A stretch of DNA of 55,093 nucleotides from Candidatus Terrybacteria bacterium RIFCSPHIGHO2_01_FULL_48_17 (GTDB taxonomy: Bacteria > Patescibacteriota > Minisyncoccia > Terrybacterales > 2-01-FULL-58-14): positions 1-55,093 of the forward strand of contig MHSS01000014.1 in the NCBI GenBank assembly GCA_001822835.1, in the 5' to 3' direction. A program made the position numbers and the translations under genes. Of this stretch, positions 8,329 through 16,080 are shown piece by piece (within the stretch, counting starts at the first letter, position 1; each line of letters starts with the position of its first letter). A model generated the notes under the pieces. It was not told the DNA's origin. It did no database searches and was given only the letters and a program-made list of their open reading frames with translations.

Positions 8329-10326
8329 GTGAAGCACGAACAACAATCCGTTTTGGTCATGGGGCTCCTCCCCGAATTTCTGGAGAAGCCCGTTTTATGG
8401 TTTACGGAGAATGAACATGAAATCCGGAAGGCGCTCGTGACGCAGCCACGATGGGAAAGTCGGACAGCGCTTCTTGAAGCAGGGAAAAAGTTACCGCTCT
8501 TTTCGCTTTTACGGAAGCTCGACGAACTAGGATATGAAAAAGTTCTTGAAGTCACACGCTATGGCGAGTTTGCACATCGTGGCGGCATTGTTGATATATT
8601 CCCCGTCAACCTCGAACATGCAGTACGAATTGAGTTCGCGGGAAATAATATTGAGGCGCTAGAAGAGCTATCCATTACATCAGACCTTTCCCGTAAAGAA
8701 TGGTTAAGGGTACGTGTGCGCACACAGCCGGATGAACTTGAGGAACTAAAAAAAGGCGAATATGTCGTGCATCTTGACCATGGTATTGGCCGCTACCACG
8801 GAAGAGACAAGTTACAAGATACCCCGAACCAGTCGCTTCGCTCCGGTGCGGGGCGAGCAATAAACAAAAACGAAGATTATCTTGTTATTGAATATGCACA
8901 GGGGGACAAACTTTTTGTGCCAGAAGAAATTGCCGCACGAAAAATATCGCGCTATATCGGCTTTCAGGAACCGAGCGTGGGACGGCTTGGCGGTTTTGGC
9001 TGGCTTCACACGAAACGAAAAATACGGGAAGAAACCGAAAAGCTCGCGCGGGAACTTTTGACGCTGTATGCGGAGCGAACCGTTGCCCAACGCCCGCCCG
9101 TGCATTTCGATCCGGAAATCCTTGCACAATTTGCGCATTCATTTGTATTTGATGAAACACCAGATCAAATAAAAGCATGGGGCGATATCCTCAAAGATCT
9201 TTCTTCTCCCCACCCCATGGACCGCTTGATTGCCGGAGATGTTGGTTTTGGCAAAACCGAGGTTGCGCTGCGCGCCGCAGCTGCTTTTGTAAGTGCGGGG
9301 CTTCAGGCAACCCTGCTTTCCCCAACAACAGTCCTCGCTGACCAACATTTCCTAACAGCGAAAGAACGCATGGAGGCGATTGGCATAAAGGTTGCCTTAC
9401 TTTCTCGACTTCAGACAAAATCAGAAACGCAACGTATCCTAAACGGGATCACCCGGGGAACTGTTGACGTTATTATTGGCACGCACCGCATTCTGTCCAA
9501 AGACGTTTTATTTCAAAACCTTGGTCTTTTGATCATTGATGAAGAGCAACGATTCGGCGTAAAACAAAAGGAGCGATTTAAGCAATTGCGCTCATCGCTT
9601 GATATCCTTTCCCTCACGGCAACCCCCATCCCCCGCACGCTTTCTCTTATTCTTTCTGGGGCCCGATCGGTATCGCGCATCGCGACTCCCCCGCCCGGAC
9701 GGCAGGTCATTGAAACGACAGTGGTTAAATGGAACGAAGAGTTAGTGAAAAAAGCGCTTGCACACGAATTTGAACGTGGCGGCCAGACATATGTGCTACA
9801 CAACCGCATTGGAACCATGGAACCTTTCGTGAAGATGCTACGGGCGCTTGCACCACCAGCGGCCCGTATCGGCACAATCCATGGCCGTATGCCAGAAAAG
9901 GAGCTTATTGCAACGATGCGTGCGTTGCGCGCCGGGACAATAGATATTCTGGTGTCAACCACCATTATTGAAAACGGGCTTGATCTGGGGAGTGCCAATA
10001 CCTTGATTGTTGAAGACGCAACAAAACTTGGGCTAGCACAGGCATGGCAACTGCGGGGGCGTATCGGACGACGCGAGATAAAAGCGTATGCCTATTTTTT
10101 GTATCCAGGAGAAAATCCTACCGAAACTGCACAAAAACGGCTTGAGGCGCTTGAAGAAGCAGCACAAGAAATTGGAGCGGGGTGGAAATTGGCGCGGAGA
10201 GATTTAGAAATTCGAGGGGCAGGAAACATTTTGGGACGCGAGCAATCGGGATTCGCCAATCGCGTGGGGCTGAACTTATATTTTCAGATGCTTGCCGAAG
10301 CAGTTGAAAGGTTGCGCTCGCACTAA
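8329..10326 (+). CDS. mfd: Compact transcription-repair coupling factor (Mfd-like SF2 translocase)
   Basis: CarD/TRCF RNAP-interaction block GEYVVHLDHGIGRY. Helicase motifs GDVGFGKTEVA, IIDEEQRFG and QLRGRIGR. Only 665 aa, with a GTG start. Confidence 0.85.
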   Translation: MKHEQQSVLVMGLLPEFLEKPVLWFTENEHEIRKALVTQPRWESRTALLEAGKKLPLFSLLRKLDELGYEKVLEVTRYGEFAHRGGIVDIFPVNLEHAVRIEFAGNNIEALEELSITSDLSRKEWLRVRVRTQPDELEELKKGEYVVHLDHGIGRYHGRDKLQDTPNQSLRSGAGRAINKNEDYLVIEYAQGDKLFVPEEIAARKISRYIGFQEPSVGRLGGFGWLHTKRKIREETEKLARELLTLYAERTVAQRPPVHFDPEILAQFAHSFVFDETPDQIKAWGDILKDLSSPHPMDRLIAGDVGFGKTEVALRAAAAFVSAGLQATLLSPTTVLADQHFLTAKERMEAIGIKVALLSRLQTKSETQRILNGITRGTVDVIIGTHRILSKDVLFQNLGLLIIDEEQRFGVKQKERFKQLRSSLDILSLTATPIPRTLSLILSGARSVSRIATPPPGRQVIETTVVKWNEELVKKALAHEFERGGQTYVLHNRIGTMEPFVKMLRALAPPAARIGTIHGRMPEKELIATMRALRAGTIDILVSTTIIENGLDLGSANTLIVEDATKLGLAQAWQLRGRIGRREIKAYAYFLYPGENPTETAQKRLEALEEAAQEIGAGWKLARRDLEIRGAGNILGREQSGFANRVGLNLYFQMLAEAVERLRSH

Positions 10327-10333
10327 CGCCTCT

Positions 10334-10440
10334 CGCTTTCCTCATCCGAGAGCTACAGGCACTCGCGCAACCCGCCGCGCGTCTGCAGGATTACCCTTTC
10401 GTTCCCTAAGGCCACTCGGCGGGAGCCGCTCGCGCCCACC
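10334..10440 (+). repeat. Dispersed ~105-nt GC-rich intergenic repeat, copy 1
   Basis: Aligns over its whole length, about three-quarters identical by eye, with the reverse complement of 45197-45300. Example core: GGCACTCG..GCGTCTGCA..CGTTCC(C/T)TAAGGCC(A/G)CTCGGCGGG..CCGCTCG(C/T)GCCC. Confidence 0.85.
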
Positions 10441-10507
10441 ACATTGCGGCCTCGTAACCCGCTCAAAGCCCCTGCCCGCGCTGAAGAAAATTGATATTGA
10501 TAAGGGA

Positions 10508-10529
10508 AAGCCGCCCACTGGGGCGGCTT
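10508..10529. terminator. Hairpin shared by convergent mfd and orphan gene
   Basis: 9-bp stem AAGCCGCCC-ACTG-GGGCGGCTT. Flanking U-tracts are weak on both strands. Confidence 0.55.
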
Positions 10530-10538
10530 CTCGGCTAT

Positions 10539-11258
10539 CTAACCCTTAAAATAATACTGGCGGTGTCCGCAGTTTTGGCATTTATAATAATAGATGATGC
10601 GCGGATCGATAAATATACCAATTTCCTGCGTCTCTGTGCTATCGGTTTTTTCAACGGGTCCGTCGCAAACTTCGCAGAGTTCATTTCTGCGGATTCGTTT
10701 CGAACCATCCCATCCCGGGCTCTGCTCGTAATAGGCGCAAGCAATACACTGTTTTCCGCAAAGAACGTCGCCCCGAAAAGCCCGAAAGAAAGCATCGGGG
10801 TTCCGAATGCATATCGAACGAAAAACGTGCTCATGCTCATCGCTTTTGCTGGCAAAAAACTCTTCAAGCATCGTAAGATTGGAAGTAAAGTTGGAAAGCA
10901 AACGCATATTTTTGTCTTGCGATGCCTGCCCCGCTTCCTGACGTAGGCGCACAAGTAAATTCTCAAACGCTTGCTGCGCAATCTCGGTCGGGATAAGGGC
11001 AAGAAAATCGATCAGCGCGGCTTTAGTCCAAGGCGCAACAGCACAAAACTTCACGGCTAACTCCACGAAAGCGTCGCCGTACTCATGAGGATTCCCTTGA
11101 TTACAAAGAAGATGTGCCAATCCATCAAGATGGCGGCCACCCTTTTCGGCGACTACGCTTTGCACGTGTTCACCCGTTACGCCACGGCGGCGGAGTTGTT
11201 TCACAAACTCGCCTGCGCGATCTTCGCCCCATTGTGGCGCGATGTTTTTGCCTTTCAC
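10539..11258 (-). CDS. Orphan protein with C-terminal Cys-cluster / zinc-ribbon-like region
   Basis: 239 aa. GTG start with AAGGAG 6 nt upstream. C-terminal CGKQCIAC...CEVC...CQNC pattern. I do not recognise the family. Confidence 0.7.
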   Translation of the reverse strand: MKGKNIAPQWGEDRAGEFVKQLRRRGVTGEHVQSVVAEKGGRHLDGLAHLLCNQGNPHEYGDAFVELAVKFCAVAPWTKAALIDFLALIPTEIAQQAFENLLVRLRQEAGQASQDKNMRLLSNFTSNLTMLEEFFASKSDEHEHVFRSICIRNPDAFFRAFRGDVLCGKQCIACAYYEQSPGWDGSKRIRRNELCEVCDGPVEKTDSTETQEIGIFIDPRIIYYYKCQNCGHRQYYFKG

Positions 11259-11388
11259 CGCTTTCTCCTTTTCGTTGTGAATGAACGCTGCTTCCCTCGG
11301 CCACCCCGAAAATGCGGGGCTACATCCTTACGGACAACTTCGTAAAGCAGTTCTTTCCTATCATAAAAAGGCTGAGCTGTCAACGCAT

Positions 11389-11418
11389 TTGACATCCCGC
11401 GCAGAATTATCTTATATT
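11389..11418 (+). promoter_or_regulatory. Sigma70-like promoter for dprA-topA
   Basis: TTGACA (11389-11394), 18-nt spacer, TATATT (11413-11418). Confidence 0.5.
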
Positions 11419-11426
11419 CGCACTAG

Positions 11427-11467
11427 CCAGTATTCGGATTATTCGGATGATGTTCAATACTGGTTTT
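11427..11467 (+). promoter_or_regulatory. Leader hairpin plus T-tract between promoter and dprA start (possible attenuator)
   Basis: 8-bp stem CCAGTATT/AATACTGG (11427-11434/11456-11463). The loop contains tandem ATTCGG words. Followed by TTTT, then ATG at 11475. Confidence 0.45.
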
Positions 11468-11474
11468 CGCCCTT

Positions 11475-12329
11475 ATGCAAGAAATTAAAGTCCTTAAAAG
11501 AGATGGGTTTCCTCCGCTTTTGCAGGAAATCCACGATCCGCCGGAAGAGCTTTTCGTGTGGGGAGAAATCCCGGATATGCCCATGCTTGCGGTGGTTGGT
11601 ACGCGCAAAGTATCGCCATACGGCAAACAGGTTACCCCTCGGCTTGTGCAAGATTTGGCCCGCGCAGGGCTTTGTATTGTCTCGGGGCTTGCCTATGGTA
11701 TTGATGCCTTGGCGCACCAAGCTGCGCTTGATGCCGGGGCAAAAACAGTTGCGGTGTTAGGATCCGGCCTTGACCGGGCTTCCTTATATCCCCGCGAGCA
11801 CTGGCGCTTGGCAGAACGAATTGTAAAAAATGGCGGAGCAGTTGTTTCCGAATATCCCGAGGGCGCAGAACCCAAACCTTATCATTTTCCCGCACGAAAC
11901 AGGATAGTAGCAGGCATGTCGCGCGGCGTATTAGTAATTGAGGCGCCGGAAAAATCGGGGGCATTAATCACCGCGGATTTGGCGCTTCGCGAAAACCGAG
12001 ACGTCTTTTGCGTGCCCGGATCCATTGCGTCGCAAAATTCAGTAGGGCCAAACCGCCTCATCCAACTTGGTGCAAAACTGGTGATGCGCGCAGAAGATGT
12101 TTTGGAAGAATGGGAAATGGAAACAGCAATTAGTAATCAGGCATCAGGAATCAGTTTATCGGAAGAGCAACAGAAAATTATTGAGGCCCTGAAGGATGCG
12201 CCGCGACACGTAGATGCTATAGTAAAAGAAACAAAGCTTGACATCACCACATGTAATGTGGGACTAGTAGAACTTGAATTGCAAGGACTCATAAAAAATC
12301 TGGGCGGAGGAATGTATGCTCGCGTCTAA
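11475..12329 (+). CDS. dprA: DNA processing protein DprA
   Basis: 284 aa with GLAYGIDALAHQAAL, GSGLD and YHFPARNRIVAGMS blocks, plus a C-terminal winged-helix-like tail. Confidence 0.93.
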   Translation: MQEIKVLKRDGFPPLLQEIHDPPEELFVWGEIPDMPMLAVVGTRKVSPYGKQVTPRLVQDLARAGLCIVSGLAYGIDALAHQAALDAGAKTVAVLGSGLDRASLYPREHWRLAERIVKNGGAVVSEYPEGAEPKPYHFPARNRIVAGMSRGVLVIEAPEKSGALITADLALRENRDVFCVPGSIASQNSVGPNRLIQLGAKLVMRAEDVLEEWEMETAISNQASGISLSEEQQKIIEALKDAPRHVDAIVKETKLDITTCNVGLVELELQGLIKNLGGGMYARV

Positions 12330-12433
12330 ATGTCAAATGTCAAAATCCCAATGCCAAATCAAATTCAAATGGCCGAATGTCCAAATTTGGATTTTGGCCC
12401 TTATTTGACGTTGGAGTTTTGGAGTTTGGATTT
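12328..12433 (+). repeat. Long imperfect palindrome of CCAAA(A)T-type words, copy B (fills the dprA-topA spacer)
   Basis: Arms 12328-12386 and 12387-12433 are complementary, centred on GTCCAAATTTGGAT. Homologous to copy A on the opposite strand. It ends directly at the topA ATG. Confidence 0.8.
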
Positions 12434-14560
12434 ATGAAACTGGTTATTGTTGAATCCCCTACCAAAGCAAAAACGATCTCGCAATTTCTCGGAGAATCCT
12501 ACCGAGTTGTTTCCTCATATGGACACGTACGTGATCTTCCAAAATCAAAACTTGGCGTTGATATTGATCATAACTTTGAACCGCAATACGTTATTCCTAC
12601 CAAGGTCCGCAAGCGCGTGAATGAGCTTAAAAAAGATGCGCAAAAAGCAACGGAGTTGATTTTGGCAACGGATGAAGACAGGGAAGGAGAAGCGATCGCG
12701 TGGCACTTAATCCAAGCCCTGGGCTTGGGAAGTACAAAATCCAAAGCCCAAAATCCAAAACAAATTGAGCGGATTGTGTTTCATGAGATTACGAAGCAAG
12801 CGATTGAGGAAGCGCTGAAAAACCCGCGGAGTATAGACGAGAAGCTGGTGGATGCGCAGCAGGCGCGGCGCGTGCTTGACCGCTTGGTGGGATATAACCT
12901 CTCGCCGTTTCTGTGGAAAAAGGTAGCGCGCGGCCTTTCCGCAGGGCGCGTACAATCGGTTGCGCTACGACTCATTGTTGAACGCGAGCGCGAACGAAGA
13001 GCTTTTCAGGCGCAAGAATACTGGAACGTAGTCGCTTCGCTCCAAGTTCCAAATCCAAAATCCCCGCCTGCCGACGGGCGGGCAGGCAAAATCCAAAACG
13101 CCCTTGAGGCGGAATTGATTGAATGGAATAAACAAAAGCTTGGGAAGTTTGATATTCAAAATGAAAAACAGACAAAGGAAATAATTAAAGCGCTCCAAGG
13201 AATCGAGTGGGAAATTGCTAACGTTGAAGTAAAAGAGCGCAAACTCAACCCTCCTCTCCCCTTCCGCACCTCCACCATGCAACAGGAGGCGTCGCGTCGC
13301 TTTGGTTTTTCCGCAAAACAAACCATGATGATTGCACAACAACTTTACGAAGGCATAGAAGTCAACGGACGCTCAACGGGACTTATCACCTATATGCGTA
13401 CTGATTCGGCGAATCTTTCGAACCAATTCCTCACTGCAGCACAAAGAGTTCTTTCGCAACATTTTGGCAATGAATATGCCCAAGGTTCCCGTCGCTATAC
13501 CTCCCAAGCCAAGGGTGCACAGGAAGCCCACGAGGCCATACGACCAAGCGATCCTGCGCTTATCCCACAAGAACTTCAAAAGGAACTTCTGCCGCGGCAG
13601 TGGAGGCTCTACGATCTTATATGGCGGCGCGCGATGGCTTCACAAATGCCCCAAGCACGACTTCGCGCAAAAACAATAGACGTTGTTGCAAAAGATCGGG
13701 CGCTTTTCAGGGCTAACGGCAGCACCACGGATTTTGACGGTTTTATGCGTCTGTGGCCATCGTCACGCAAAGAAAGCGAGCTTCCAGATGTCTCGCAAGG
13801 ACAAAAAATAACATGCAAAAAAATAACTCCCAACCAACACTTTACAGAACCCGCACCCCGTTATTCTGAAGCTACACTCGTAAAAACCCTCGAAGAAAAT
13901 GGGATTGGCCGGCCTTCAACATATGCGCCAACGCTTTCCACCATTCAAGACCGCGGATATGTAATGCGCGACGAAAACCGGCGGCTTTTTCCCACCGAAC
14001 TTGGCGAGCTCGTTAACGGCCTTTTGGTCGAACATTTTCCCGAACTCGTTGATGTTACGTTTACGGCTACCATGGAAAAAGAGCTCGATGAAGTTGCCGA
14101 AGGTCTGCAACAATATGTAACTGTTGTCAGAGATTTTTGGAAACCGTTTTCGTCTCACGTTGAGGAAAAACTGGAAACCGTGAAGGAAATAAAGGTAAAG
14201 GAGCCAACGGACGAAACATGTCCAAGGTGCGGAAAGCCCCTGGTCATTAAGCTTGGACGCTTTGGCAGATTCCTTGCCTGTACCGGTTTTCCCGATTGCA
14301 AAACAACAAAATCAATAAAAGAAAACCGCACGAACGTAATCTGCCCGCGATGCAAAAAAGGAGAGCTTGTTTGCAAACGAAGCCGTCGCGGAAAGGTTTT
14401 TTATGGCTGCTCCGATTACCCCGATTGTGATTTTGCGCTGTGGGATAAACCAAATGGCAAAGCATGCCCAAATTGCAATTCCCTGCTCGTTATGAAACGG
14501 GGCGAGGAGCGTTGTTCTGATAAAACATGTAAATGGCTCCCGCCCACCGCTATACAGTAA
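12434..14560 (+). CDS. topA: DNA topoisomerase I
   Basis: TOPRIM start MKLVIVESPTKAKT, DEDREGEAIAWH, active-site region ITYMRTDS, and three C-terminal CxxC..CxxC zinc ribbons. Start moved to ATG 12434. Confidence 0.97.
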   Translation: MKLVIVESPTKAKTISQFLGESYRVVSSYGHVRDLPKSKLGVDIDHNFEPQYVIPTKVRKRVNELKKDAQKATELILATDEDREGEAIAWHLIQALGLGSTKSKAQNPKQIERIVFHEITKQAIEEALKNPRSIDEKLVDAQQARRVLDRLVGYNLSPFLWKKVARGLSAGRVQSVALRLIVERERERRAFQAQEYWNVVASLQVPNPKSPPADGRAGKIQNALEAELIEWNKQKLGKFDIQNEKQTKEIIKALQGIEWEIANVEVKERKLNPPLPFRTSTMQQEASRRFGFSAKQTMMIAQQLYEGIEVNGRSTGLITYMRTDSANLSNQFLTAAQRVLSQHFGNEYAQGSRRYTSQAKGAQEAHEAIRPSDPALIPQELQKELLPRQWRLYDLIWRRAMASQMPQARLRAKTIDVVAKDRALFRANGSTTDFDGFMRLWPSSRKESELPDVSQGQKITCKKITPNQHFTEPAPRYSEATLVKTLEENGIGRPSTYAPTLSTIQDRGYVMRDENRRLFPTELGELVNGLLVEHFPELVDVTFTATMEKELDEVAEGLQQYVTVVRDFWKPFSSHVEEKLETVKEIKVKEPTDETCPRCGKPLVIKLGRFGRFLACTGFPDCKTTKSIKENRTNVICPRCKKGELVCKRSRRGKVFYGCSDYPDCDFALWDKPNGKACPNCNSLLVMKRGEERCSDKTCKWLPPTAIQ
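13049..13102 (+). repeat. In-frame repeat-like insert inside topA
   Basis: CCAAATCCAAAATCC and CAAAATCCAAAAC direct words flank a GC hairpin (GCCTGCC..GGCAGGC, 13066-13087). The segment encodes PNPKSPPADGRAGKIQN. Confidence 0.5.
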
Positions 14561-14585
14561 TCAGAAAATAGCAATTAGAAATAAG

Positions 14586-14615
14586 TGAAAAAACCTCGAG
14601 TACTCGAGGTTTTTA
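14586..14615. terminator. Bidirectional terminator (topA / queuosine-salvage gene)
   Basis: AAAAAACCTCGAG-TA-CTCGAGGTTTTT, a perfect palindrome with an A-run and a T-run on either side. Confidence 0.8.
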
Positions 14616-15629
14616 ATAGGCGGTGGTTTTTGTGTAGTGATGTTTCCCCCGAGCTTCGCGGCCGGCAGACCAGACCGCATAATCGAGTTCGATCTGAGTT
14701 ATTGGCTGCGCCCGTTCACGCAGGCGATTTATTGCAGCACATAACGCATCCATAGCATTTACGGTCTGTGCGCGAATTTCTACTTCATAGACATTGCCGT
14801 GATGTATGGGAATTCCATCATCGACAAGACGAGAAAGGTGCGGGCTATACCGCAATACTCCAACCGCCCGCAGTGCCTTAGGAACGTCATAATCGGCAAC
14901 AGGGCCGATATTTCCAGGATCTTGCAGACAGGGAAGGCACCCCTCGGACGCCCGTGCCCTTCCTTCGTACATCAACGCCAAAAGCCGCGCGCGCTTATGG
15001 AAAGGAATGGGGGTTGAAAGCCCGCAATATCGTGCCATATCCCTACTATACGATAGGAAATGACGCGCCAGGCGCTGGATAATGCCGTTTCCGTCATCAC
15101 GAAATACCTGAAAATCGGCCCGATCAAAAAGATTTGAAAACGCTCCATCGTACCATCGCAGAAGCGCCTCGCCTGTGGCGCGAAGGTTTTGTATGCGGCT
15201 TTCGCGCATGGGTAGCGGTGTTGTTACGGGAACAAAAATCTGATCGTATGTCTCCTCATCGAGGCCTTCGGCCAAAAAGCGTGCCGAAAGTACGGGAATG
15301 CCATTGTTAAGGGCCCTTTTTAGGCAAGCCCACATGGCAAATGCGCCATACACCACCCGTTTGGAGCCATCGGGAAAGACAAAATTGGTATCAAATTTCC
15401 CATGCGTCTTAAAATCGGTAAAACAATAATTAATCGAGTTACCAACGCCAAGAAACTGCAAAAAGGTCTTGTCGTCGTTTTCCGGAAATACGGGTGCCCT
15501 CCATGAAGGCGCAGAGAGCTCGCCGCGCATAAGGGTTTCCGCGAGGTGCGCAAAGGCCTTATCTCTTATGCGCACATTCTGTGCAAGCAGGCCCACGGCA
15601 CGACACGTTCCAACAAGAAAATCCTGCAT
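14613..15629 (-). CDS. Queuosine salvage family protein (DUF2419 / QNG1-like)
   Basis: 338 aa. Blocks FLGVGNSINYCF and VADYDVPKALRAVGVLRY match my memory of the DUF2419 family. Start moved to ATG 15629, which has AAAGGAG 8 nt upstream. Confidence 0.7.
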   Translation of the reverse strand: MQDFLVGTCRAVGLLAQNVRIRDKAFAHLAETLMRGELSAPSWRAPVFPENDDKTFLQFLGVGNSINYCFTDFKTHGKFDTNFVFPDGSKRVVYGAFAMWACLKRALNNGIPVLSARFLAEGLDEETYDQIFVPVTTPLPMRESRIQNLRATGEALLRWYDGAFSNLFDRADFQVFRDDGNGIIQRLARHFLSYSRDMARYCGLSTPIPFHKRARLLALMYEGRARASEGCLPCLQDPGNIGPVADYDVPKALRAVGVLRYSPHLSRLVDDGIPIHHGNVYEVEIRAQTVNAMDALCAAINRLRERAQPITQIELDYAVWSAGREARGKHHYTKTTAY

Positions 15630-15661
15630 TAACAAATCTCCTTTGGAAAACAACTGAATTT

Positions 15662-15690
15662 ATTGAAGCAGGGCTTTTGTTATTTGTCAA
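15662..15690 (-). promoter_or_regulatory. Sigma70-like promoter for the queuosine-salvage gene
   Basis: On the minus strand: TTGACA (15685-15690), 17-nt spacer, TTCAAT (15662-15667). Confidence 0.5.
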
Positions 15691-15716
15691 CAAAAAGACA
15701 CCCGGCTTGAGTGTCT
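15691..15716 (-). terminator. Terminator after the 99-aa orphan ORF
   Basis: Stem AGACAC/GTGTCT (15696-15701/15711-15716). On the minus strand it is followed by TTTTTG. It starts 2 nt after the stop. Confidence 0.65.
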
Positions 15717-15717
15717 A

Positions 15718-16017
15718 TTATGATTGGGAAAGGAAAGGAACAGGAAGCTTGGGAGATACCGTGCCGTCGGGAAAAACCCTTCGGCAATCATAGCTTGCGC
15801 ACCACACAACCATCTTGTCATCTTCATTTAAAACACCCCATCGGACAAATGAACCGCATGCGATATGAAAAAGGCCATCAGGTAACCACACGAGCAGATC
15901 TCGCTCGTCTTTATATCTTACGATAAGCGCATCCTTGGGAGCGTTGGCGGGACGCTGTACTATGCCCCAATCTTTGAGGCAAAGAGCATTTTCGCCCGCC
16001 TTAACCGGATCACACAT
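15718..16017 (-). CDS. Orphan 99-aa protein
   Basis: GGAGG 5 nt upstream of the ATG and its own terminator. No recognisable motif. Confidence 0.6.
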   Translation of the reverse strand: MCDPVKAGENALCLKDWGIVQRPANAPKDALIVRYKDERDLLVWLPDGLFHIACGSFVRWGVLNEDDKMVVWCASYDCRRVFPDGTVSPKLPVPFLSQS

Positions 16018-16080
16018 ACCAACCTCCGTTATTTTATATTTTCTAAGAACCTTGCCCTTTATACTATGGAGCGGTAAGAT

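Noticed and set aside
10334-10440. The two ~105-nt repeat copies as template/variable repeats of a diversity-generating retroelement, or as SRP/6S/other known RNA.
   Set aside because: Mismatches between copies are not restricted to adenine positions. Both copies are intergenic, and no reverse transcriptase is present in the window. I could not find the SRP domain IV motif (GGAA tetraloop with AGCAGC-type loops) or any other family-specific motif.
10292-10549. Small ORFs covering the dispersed repeat copies (10292-10549 + and 45092-45322 -) that share the peptide FRSLRPLGG.
   Set aside because: The shared peptide is just the translation of the conserved nucleotide core. The flanking residues are not conserved. 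The composition is Arg/Ser/Pro junk. One ORF starts inside mfd. In another frame, copy 2 has a stop where copy 1 is open.
14560-14575. Recurrent AATCAGAAA / GCAATCAGAAA words (14562, 18766-18779 rc, 42658-42669) as another repeat family.
   Set aside because: Exact matches of 9-11 nt are expected hundreds of times by chance among all position pairs in a 55-kb window on both strands. There is no extended similarity around them.
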